Shown: in pieces, positions 6,693 through 13,400 of the stretch
Numbering within the stretch: the stretch's first letter is position 1
How the letters are laid out: the number at the start of each line of letters is the position of its first letter
IMG/VR virus record: IMGVR_UViG_3300045988_142898
Span: 1-18,117 of that record
Source: a virus
DNA: 18,117 nt
Direction: 5' to 3' (one strand)
Program-made: the position numbers and the translations under genes
Notes under the pieces: generated by a model
Seen by the model: the letters and a program-made list of their open reading frames with translations, nothing else
What the model was told of the DNA's origin: nothing
Databases searched by the model: none

Positions 6693-8276
6693 TTATATTT
6701 TATTATTTGCAGAATAGTTGTGAAACGTTGTTTTCCAGAACGTAACACCACTTTCAATGACACTTTTAATAAGCATTTCAGCTTCAACAGGTATCTTTCC
6801 GGTAAGGGCTACATTCTTACATTTAATGTAGTTCCATGACGGACGACCTTCTATCTGTGGTCTTTTCACTCTGTTAACCTTATAACCATACATGTCAAAG
6901 AACTGGTCAATTGTTCTCGCATATTCAGCTTTAATCATTTTTACTTGACATCTTACGTCTTTCAACTGACTAGACCATAAAAGGCTGCCATTACTTGCAC
7001 CAGAAAGTCTGCTTGTATCGTGCGTATCTTTTGAGTGCTGTGCAAGTGAATCAAGAATTCCTACACCAGAATTTGTTATTGCACCTATATAGCCACCTTG
7101 TGCAAACCCACCAACAGCATTATTAACACCGCTTGTAATTCTACTACTGTATTTAGCTAAAGCACCGAGTGTTAAACCTAAGTCTGTAGAACCTTGTGGT
7201 AACTTTTCGGTTATTTGTGTAAAACCATAACTTGCAATCTCAGCTTGATATGCATCATATAAGAAAGAACCTTTTTCGCCATAGTTAAGGGTAAACCCTT
7301 TAGTGTAATCGGTGGTCGAAATTCTCTTATAGTGTCTTGGTGATATTAGTACCTGTGGTTGTGCTGACTTGTTACCTCTGATAGTTAATTCTGGCTTATT
7401 ATCGCTAAATAATTCTGGATGTAAAACCATATTATCGCCTGTTGGTGCATAGACTAAATAGTCACAATAAGGTGAACAAAACATTTTATTGTTATGTGGT
7501 TTATATCCATAAAAATTATCTGGAAATGTTGGCAGCTCTTTATATTTAACAAGAGACTCATCATCTGCTGACGGTGAAAGTGCTTTTGGAATGGTAAATA
7601 CCTGTAATATTGTATTGCTATATCCTGCCGTTATAATGTTTTGAAGAAACTGTAACAAATCATCTGGGTTTTCAGTATATCCTAACTTACTGCCTTGAAA
7701 AACTCTCCCAAGCGTTGAACCGCTAAACCATGTAGGCTGATTCTCAATAGGCTGTAACTGTGCATCACTGATAGCTATTTCGCAACCATAAATAATCTTA
7801 TAACTAAAATCAGTTAACAGTGTCTCTTTAGCAATATTAAGTTCCCCATACTCTAACCCCTCTGGTATAGTATGCGCCCCGACTGTATCATCTAGCACAT
7901 GTTCTCTTTCAACAAAACATTCCCCGACCTCGCAGTCCATCCACCACGTCTGCCATAAGTCAATAGTATAATGGACTTCTGCTGTTCGGTTATTTTCATA
8001 ACGTACTTCACTGATAAATGCATAAAACCATCTATCACTGAAAGCTGAGTTCTGAAACATCATGTAGTTAGCTGAGTAGATATCATCCGCCCACGCTTCA
8101 ATATTGACAACTCCGTCACGAACATAGGTGCATCTGTCATATGTCTTAATTCTATGGTCTAACATGTAGGACTGCTGTTCAGCCCTACTGTTAAACCATT
8201 TGATATGATTATAGTCACGGTCACATTCAACACCAGATAAAATGTAAATAATTGAATCTGGAATGATGTACGCCAT
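6693..8276 (-). CDS. Tail knob / distal tube protein (phi29 gp9-like, 527 aa)
   Basis: SD AGGAG lies upstream. The N-terminal YSANYMMFQNSAFSDRWFYAFISEVRY parallels phi29 gp9 YSASYIMFQNADYGNKWFYAFVTELEF. Confidence 0.85.
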   Translation of the reverse strand: MAYIIPDSIIYILSGVECDRDYNHIKWFNSRAEQQSYMLDHRIKTYDRCTYVRDGVVNIEAWADDIYSANYMMFQNSAFSDRWFYAFISEVRYENNRTAEVHYTIDLWQTWWMDCEVGECFVEREHVLDDTVGAHTIPEGLEYGELNIAKETLLTDFSYKIIYGCEIAISDAQLQPIENQPTWFSGSTLGRVFQGSKLGYTENPDDLLQFLQNIITAGYSNTILQVFTIPKALSPSADDESLVKYKELPTFPDNFYGYKPHNNKMFCSPYCDYLVYAPTGDNMVLHPELFSDNKPELTIRGNKSAQPQVLISPRHYKRISTTDYTKGFTLNYGEKGSFLYDAYQAEIASYGFTQITEKLPQGSTDLGLTLGALAKYSSRITSGVNNAVGGFAQGGYIGAITNSGVGILDSLAQHSKDTHDTSRLSGASNGSLLWSSQLKDVRCQVKMIKAEYARTIDQFFDMYGYKVNRVKRPQIEGRPSWNYIKCKNVALTGKIPVEAEMLIKSVIESGVTFWKTTFHNYSANNKI

Positions 8277-8284
8277 ATTAGCTC

Positions 8285-9736
8285 CTAACTAGCTTCATAT
8301 TTACCAACATTAATAGTAATAAATTTACTAATATTTGTACCCTTAACTGTGGCTTTTACAACGATTTTGCCATAATAGTTTTCTTTTTTTTCAATACTTT
8401 TACCTGTAATATATCCATTACTATGAACCACAGCACTATTTGTATTATCTGAATAAAGTGTAAAAATTAAATCTTTTATACCACCTGTTACAGTATTAAC
8501 TGTGCCTGTAACTATAGTAGAAAAATTTGTACCAACAGGTGGTACTGTGCCATATAAAACAGAAATTGATGTTTCTTTAAAATTTATAGTTGTATTATTT
8601 TCAGTCTGTTTTTCAACTAAATTATTAGGAATAACCGCTACTGCATTTGCAAATGGACTAACAGCATAAGTCTGCCACATATGCAAGAAGTAATTATGGT
8701 CAAGTGTGTTGGCAACAGGCATATCACGCATTTCAAATACATTATCATAAATCTGAACAAAATCTTCGTCAATAATGACGCCTGCGACCTTATCGAGAAA
8801 TGCCATGTCGTCAGCACTAGGCTCTTTATAAGTTGGGTCATTTGCAAAAGCTTTGTTAAGTCTTGTAATGTCAAGATGACCAAGGCCGTCAATCAAAATA
8901 CGTCTGTTCAGATAATCTGCATATGGCAACTGGAAAGCAGATGCTAAAACATTGGTATCAATATTAGCATCATAATCAGTATTAATTAAGATAACTTTCT
9001 TGTCAGAATCAGTAAATGTTGTTACACCTGCAATGTTGTAATCAGTAGACATAAACTGAAAGTCGTTTGATACTTTACGCATCTGAGTAGCACAGAGTTT
9101 ATATTTATCAGCACTTGTATCATCAAATCTGTAGTAAGCAAGCTTACCATTTAAAATATGCTGACCGATGAGATATTTTGTAATATTAAATTCGTCATAA
9201 GCGGCCGCTGTATAAACAGACTGGATAATACCGCTGATTAACTCATCCATGCCAGACCACGACTTAAATGCTGATTTAAGCATTGCCCTGTTAACTGTGA
9301 CTGGATAAGTAAGCTGTGAGTTCATGATGTAAAATGTAGTTCTTACATCTGGTTCGTATCTCTTAAACAGATTTGTTGCGGTATCCGCTCCACTTCCTGC
9401 AATCTCGCCGTACTGGTATACTTTTGCAATGTTAACAAAAATATCCTCTACCGTCTCACCTACATCAATCACACCTTTTTTCAGTGTTGCAAGTGGGTTC
9501 GTGTACAGACGGCTTGCGATTCTTGCAAAAGCAATCCTGTTAACAAGAGTTGAAAGAAACTCATTTTCAAGTGCAGGGTTATTCATGATGATAGCCCCGA
9601 TTCCTCTAAGGGAATCACTATCTGCTGTTACATACGGGACGTAGTCTTTGTAGTAACTTGAAGCTGAATTCTTTACAGCATTGATAACATCCGCACTAAT
9701 ATTTGTATTTGTTGCAATTCTCGGTTTTGTAGGCAT
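8285..9736 (-). CDS. Major capsid protein (phi29 gp8-like, 483 aa) with C-terminal Ig-like (BIG2-type) domain
   Basis: DVINAVKNS...YKDYVPYVTA...FLSTLVNRIA and HNYFLHMWQTYAVSPFANAVAV parallel the gp8 motifs. The C-terminal ~90 aa are beta-rich. The start overlaps the scaffold stop (TAATG). Confidence 0.93.
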   Translation of the reverse strand: MPTKPRIATNTNISADVINAVKNSASSYYKDYVPYVTADSDSLRGIGAIIMNNPALENEFLSTLVNRIAFARIASRLYTNPLATLKKGVIDVGETVEDIFVNIAKVYQYGEIAGSGADTATNLFKRYEPDVRTTFYIMNSQLTYPVTVNRAMLKSAFKSWSGMDELISGIIQSVYTAAAYDEFNITKYLIGQHILNGKLAYYRFDDTSADKYKLCATQMRKVSNDFQFMSTDYNIAGVTTFTDSDKKVILINTDYDANIDTNVLASAFQLPYADYLNRRILIDGLGHLDITRLNKAFANDPTYKEPSADDMAFLDKVAGVIIDEDFVQIYDNVFEMRDMPVANTLDHNYFLHMWQTYAVSPFANAVAVIPNNLVEKQTENNTTINFKETSISVLYGTVPPVGTNFSTIVTGTVNTVTGGIKDLIFTLYSDNTNSAVVHSNGYITGKSIEKKENYYGKIVVKATVKGTNISKFITINVGKYEAS

Positions 9737-10029
9737 TATTTACCCTCACTTTCATATAATAAATCGTTGAGGTTAAGGCTTTCAAGTCTTTCCTCTTCGT
9801 CAATAGGATCTTCCTGTTTTGGTTCTGGTGTTGGCGGTACAACTGCTTTTCCTTCTTTGAAACGTTCTGTATACTTCTTACGCCATTCAGCATCATTATC
9901 TTCATACCTCTGTTTCCAGTTTTCCTCATCAACACCTTCATTGTCAATAGTTTCTAACAAAGCGATTGCTTCATCATCAGTCCTATCACCCAAAAATTTA
10001 GTGATAGCATCTCTTGTAGCCTGTAACAT
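9736..10029 (-). CDS. Scaffolding protein (phi29 gp7-like, 97 aa, acidic)
   Basis: The tracked ORF starts at 10083, but ATG 10029 has AGAGGTGG 7 nt upstream. The product is highly acidic and predicted helical, about the size of phi29 gp7, and lies immediately upstream of the capsid gene. Confidence 0.7.
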   Translation of the reverse strand: MLQATRDAITKFLGDRTDDEAIALLETIDNEGVDEENWKQRYEDNDAEWRKKYTERFKEGKAVVPPTPEPKQEDPIDEEERLESLNLNDLLYESEGK

Positions 10030-10055
10030 ATTGAGTCCACCTCTTTTCTTATTAA

Positions 10056-11150
10056 CTAACGTCTTAAACAAGGATACATCCATATCGGCATCCTTGTTCT
10101 GATTCCTTTACCTGTCGGCAATGTTGGGCTGAAGCCTTGTAATAGTGTAAAATAATATTGTGCATACTTTGCCCGGTCTTCCAGTGTTGCTGACGGGTCT
10201 GATGGCCTTTCGTAACAATAGACGAAACACTTTGCCATATATCCTACTTCATCTGTTGCAATTGCAAAAGCGTCCATTGTCTGATACCTTCTATATTCCT
10301 GCGGAACACTTGAAAAGTTTGGATACCATTCAGTAGGATTGTTATTTCTTTCATCATTTAATCTCTGGCACTGGCAGTTACCATTTGCATCTAAATCAGT
10401 CTGCCATGTTGGACAATTCTGATTTAAGTAAGGGATAATAGTATCAACAGCAGGAGTCCACTGGACAAGTCCGTAACCTCTTTCATCTACTGCTACACCC
10501 TGTTCGTAAAGATCAGCACTGATAAATGACTCTATCGTCATGTTGCCGAGCATGGCGCAAATTGCGTTAATACTCCATCCTAAAGGAAGCAGAGCGTTCA
10601 CTACACAATACGCATTGTTGATAGATTTCTCATTGATATACTCTTGCCCGTACCCTGTGATTGACTGCCAGTGTAAGTCACTGGGAAAAGTGGGTGTGCC
10701 TGTGTCAACGTTCGGATAGATAAATCCTTGTAAATAGCCATTCATCCATGACGGAACATAACCATTAATTTTCTTACTCTTTTCAGTCCAGAAGTATTTG
10801 CCGGAACTCCATCCACTGTTGCTTGTAACAATGCCATCAGATGTTATCTGTTCAACTACAGCAACATGTCCTGCACCACCATTGTTATAGCCATAACAGG
10901 CAATAGCACCTAACTTTGGTTCACTTCCTTTTGCATAACCTCTTGTACGGCTGTACCAATTGGTTGCATTACTAGTGGAAAGACCAGATGGATAGACTCC
11001 GTTAATCTCATAGAATCTGCCCCAAGCATACCAAGTACAGTTGCCACCTGTCTGTTGCGGACCAAGGTTACTCTGATAAAAAATGTTGTCAGAATAGTAA
11101 TATTTACTGCCCCTCATACCATCTGTATTCAGTCTAGGTATAAAAGCCAT
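10056..11150 (-). CDS. Peptidoglycan hydrolase: N-terminal CHAP plus C-terminal phage-tail-lysozyme-like domain (364 aa)
   Basis: The CHAP Cys motif is GGNCTWYAWGRF and the His motif GHVAVVEQ. The C-terminal motifs MLGNMTIES...GYGLVQWT are typical of phage tail lysozyme domains. Confidence 0.9.
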   Translation of the reverse strand: MAFIPRLNTDGMRGSKYYYSDNIFYQSNLGPQQTGGNCTWYAWGRFYEINGVYPSGLSTSNATNWYSRTRGYAKGSEPKLGAIACYGYNNGGAGHVAVVEQITSDGIVTSNSGWSSGKYFWTEKSKKINGYVPSWMNGYLQGFIYPNVDTGTPTFPSDLHWQSITGYGQEYINEKSINNAYCVVNALLPLGWSINAICAMLGNMTIESFISADLYEQGVAVDERGYGLVQWTPAVDTIIPYLNQNCPTWQTDLDANGNCQCQRLNDERNNNPTEWYPNFSSVPQEYRRYQTMDAFAIATDEVGYMAKCFVYCYERPSDPSATLEDRAKYAQYYFTLLQGFSPTLPTGKGIRTRMPIWMYPCLRR

Positions 11151-11410
11151 TAGCGATCACCACCTAAAAGACAAGCCCACATTTTAGAACCACATGAAGA
11201 GTCTTGCTTGCCTATAACTGTGTTACCATAGGCATTTTGGATTTTCTGAAATTGGTTGATGGCGTAGACAAGGTTATCACCACAGTGGCCGTCAATAGCA
11301 AGCGGTTTACCATTCTTTCCCAAAATGCCAATTGCTCTCAAAACAGCCTGTAATACATAAACATCCTGTCCAGTACTGCCTCTTTTAACCGTTTTCACAC
11401 TTATCACCAT
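11150..11410 (-). CDS. Stand-alone peptidoglycan-binding (PG_binding_1-like) protein (82-86 aa)
   Basis: KRGSTGQDVYVLQAVLRAIGI...IDGHCGDNLVYAINQFQ fits the PG_binding_1 pattern. The stop overlaps the next start (TAATG). An alternative GTG start at 11398 has better SD spacing. Confidence 0.8.
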   Translation of the reverse strand: MVISVKTVKRGSTGQDVYVLQAVLRAIGILGKNGKPLAIDGHCGDNLVYAINQFQKIQNAYGNTVIGKQDSSCGSKMWACLLGGDR

Positions 11411-11627
11411 CCTTGCTCAGAACATCGCACAAATGCTGAATAACAAGTGTATTATTGTTCAATGCCTGTGTGACCTCAGACATTTCATTTTTGTGCTGTT
11501 CGTTAAGTTTAGCGATGTCTTCCCTGTTTCTGTCTGTGGAGTATTTAATATACCACCCCATACAGACAGCGCATACAATAGGAAAACCAACTGTCCCGAC
11601 AGCCTGCATCAAAGCGTTAACATCCAT
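11385..11627 (-). CDS. Holin candidate (BhlA/UviB-like; one N-terminal TM plus charged coiled tail, 80 aa)
   Basis: The tracked ORF uses TTG 11696; ATG 11627 has AGGA 5 nt upstream. The TM segment is AVGTVGFPIVCAVCMGWYI, followed by the charged KYSTDRNREDIAKLNEQHKNEM. It lies directly upstream of the lysin genes. Confidence 0.6.
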   Translation of the reverse strand: MDVNALMQAVGTVGFPIVCAVCMGWYIKYSTDRNREDIAKLNEQHKNEMSEVTQALNNNTLVIQHLCDVLSKDGDKCENG

Positions 11628-11704
11628 AAGCTTCCTTTCTGAGTCCACCTTTTTTGTTGTATCGTAGAATGAAGAATAACTTATAACAGAGGTCAATCCT
11701 TTCT

Positions 11705-11798
11705 AAAAATTTAAAATAGAGCCAGTCGTTTTAAGTGGACTCTGATATCCTGCATCGGCATTTTCCAGCCTTTCAGATTGATGCAAACAACTAGCTCT
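11705..11798 (-). ncRNA. Candidate ~94-nt structured RNA (pRNA-like or antitermination leader)
   Basis: It starts about 7 nt downstream of a consensus -10. The 5' end AUAGAGCUAGU (11800-11790) pairs with ACUGGCUCUAU (11726-11716) in 11 pairs including a G.U wobble, which would be a C.A mismatch on the other strand. An inner helix pairs UGCAUC with GAUGCA, and the RNA ends in UUUAAAUUUUU. Confidence 0.4.
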
Positions 11799-11804
11799 AT
11801 TGTT

Positions 11805-11833
11805 ATTATAATTCAATTATGAAATTTTGTCAA
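11805..11833 (-). promoter_or_regulatory. Consensus sigma-A promoter (leftward) upstream of the lysis and structural genes
   Basis: On the minus strand: TTGACA (11833-11828), exactly 17 nt of spacer, then TATAAT (11810-11805). Confidence 0.75.
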
Positions 11834-11845
11834 GTATATATGAAA

Positions 11846-12907
11846 TTAAGTTAACAAGCCTAATTTATCAATGGCATTAAGGAATCTGTATTTGCACGAG
11901 TAGGTTTCATAGTAGATGTATCCCAGTGCATCCCATTCACCATAAATACTGTACTTCATCTTAAAAGCTTTCTTACTGTCTTTGTTTCCGTCGTAATATT
12001 CCTCAAACTCACAATATTTATGCGTGCTTACATACAAGAAATTTGATCTAGACTTTGATAAATAAATATAGATTTTACCGAACTGACATACAGCAATTAA
12101 ATCTTTCGGATTCCCATACTTTCTCAATATGTGCGCACCATCATTATATGAAAACTCATTACTATTAGCCATCTTTGCAAACTCTGACTCGTTACCAATA
12201 GCCTTAAATAATGCTGTTTTCTTTCTCATTTCAGAAATAGGTGACTTCATGATATTAAGAAGTAGTATACCTCTATCTTCCAAAAACCTTACTTCCTGCC
12301 CTTTTCTTTGCATTTCATCATAAATGTCAACTAGATTGAATGTGTCAAGAACAGCATTATAAATATTATTTGAGTTTGCCATCATCCACATACGTAGTGG
12401 TGGCCGACCTAATACTTCTCTGTTACCTGAAACAGTAACATACATATTTGTAACGGCATCGCCCTCATTTTTAATTCGGTTGACATGGTTTTCTGGAATA
12501 AACTCATCGTAGATAATGTCTGTAATTGTGCCACCACCAAAACCACGATATTTACTTACAGCCTTTAACGAAACTGCAATTCCGATATCTTCATAAACTG
12601 GCTTTTCTTCCTCAGTCAATCCAACTATGCGAACTATTCTGGAAGCATTTCTCTCTTTTACTATATGAATATCTTCTCCCATATCCTTATTTAGCTGTGC
12701 AAACGGATTGTACTTCTCAATAGAACACAAGTCTATTTCGTCTTGTGTTCGCCTAACAAGCATAGGTGTCCACTTTTCCTCAATGCATCGTTTGAATACA
12801 CCATAGGTTTTACCTACCTGTCTTGCACCGACCATTACGATGAATGTAGGCTTAAAACCCAGTATATAATTAAAATTTAACCATCCATCTTTATCGTATA
12901 AGCTCAT
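11846..12907 (-). CDS. DNA encapsidation ATPase (phi29 gp16-like, 353 aa)
   Basis: Walker A is VGARQVGKTY (phi29 IGARGIGKSY) and Walker B is IIYDEFIPE (phi29 IVFDEFIRE). MMANSNNIYNAV parallels CLSNAVSVVNPY. SD GAAAGGTGG lies upstream. Confidence 0.93.
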   Translation of the reverse strand: MSLYDKDGWLNFNYILGFKPTFIVMVGARQVGKTYGVFKRCIEEKWTPMLVRRTQDEIDLCSIEKYNPFAQLNKDMGEDIHIVKERNASRIVRIVGLTEEEKPVYEDIGIAVSLKAVSKYRGFGGGTITDIIYDEFIPENHVNRIKNEGDAVTNMYVTVSGNREVLGRPPLRMWMMANSNNIYNAVLDTFNLVDIYDEMQRKGQEVRFLEDRGILLLNIMKSPISEMRKKTALFKAIGNESEFAKMANSNEFSYNDGAHILRKYGNPKDLIAVCQFGKIYIYLSKSRSNFLYVSTHKYCEFEEYYDGNKDSKKAFKMKYSIYGEWDALGYIYYETYSCKYRFLNAIDKLGLLT

Positions 12908-12920
12908 AAAACCACCTTTC

Positions 12921-12958
12921 TAAAATAGAAGAACCACCCAATAAATAGGTGGCTCTTC
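12921..12958 (-). terminator. Rho-independent terminator after the SSB-like gene
   Basis: Minus-strand GAAGAGCCACC pairs with GGUGGUUCUUC (11 pairs, one G.U that is A.C on the plus strand) around a 9-nt loop, followed by UAUUUUA. Confidence 0.65.
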
Positions 12959-12986
12959 CGTCATATATTAAAGGAGAAACAATGAG

Positions 12987-13316
12987 CTACGCTAATCTTG
13001 CATAGACGAACTGGCGTCCTGCTTTTGAAACGTTGCTGTCTTTAACAATTACGAAATCTTCTTCACAATCAGTAAACATATCAATGATTTCAAGATAATC
13101 ATGCCTAAATACACTACTATTTGTACCATAATACTCTTCATCTGTACCCTGTACGGCCAGAATCTCTACTTCTTTACCGTCCTGTTTTTCATCAACATAG
13201 TTGATGAAATTCTGTGTAAGTTCAAAACCATCTGGCAAGTCTTTCACGCTATGCGCATTTTTGACCGCCTTAAACTGCTCAACCTTTGAATCAATATTTG
13301 TTCTTAAAACTCTCAT
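12987..13316 (-). CDS. ssDNA-binding protein candidate (phi29 p5-like, 109 aa)
   Basis: The tracked ORF starts at 13382; ATG 13316 has AAAGGTGGA 7 nt upstream. KDLPDGFEL, the acidic middle region and VIVKDSNVSKAGRQFVYARL resemble my recollection of phi29 p5 (KNLPDGTII ... VKVVQGTSSKGNVFFSLQL). The gene has its own promoter and terminator. Confidence 0.5.
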   Translation of the reverse strand: MRVLRTNIDSKVEQFKAVKNAHSVKDLPDGFELTQNFINYVDEKQDGKEVEILAVQGTDEEYYGTNSSVFRHDYLEIIDMFTDCEEDFVIVKDSNVSKAGRQFVYARLA

Positions 13317-13361
13317 TCTCTTGTCCACCTTTTCAATTGTCTTAGTATTTACTACACTATT

Positions 13362-13390
13362 ATAATAACATATACTTATCACTATGTCAA
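13362..13390 (-). promoter_or_regulatory. Strong sigma-A-type promoter (leftward) between the polymerase and SSB-like genes
   Basis: On the minus strand: TTGACA (13390-13385), 17-nt spacer, TATTAT (13367-13362), preceded by TG (extended -10). An A-run lies upstream of the -35. Confidence 0.7.
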
Positions 13391-13400
13391 CAGTTTTTTA

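Noticed and set aside
11150-11152. PG-binding ORF and CHAP ORF as one gene split by a nonsense mutation
   Set aside because: The two ORFs are in different frames and joined by a TAATG overlap. Reading through the TAA in frame hits another stop after six codons. They are therefore separate, translationally coupled genes.
11711-11761. 16-aa leader peptide ORF (MPMQDIRVHLKRLALF) inside the candidate RNA
   Set aside because: It has only a weak GAAAGG upstream, is very short and lies within the predicted helices. I keep it only as an alternative attenuation idea, not as a feature.
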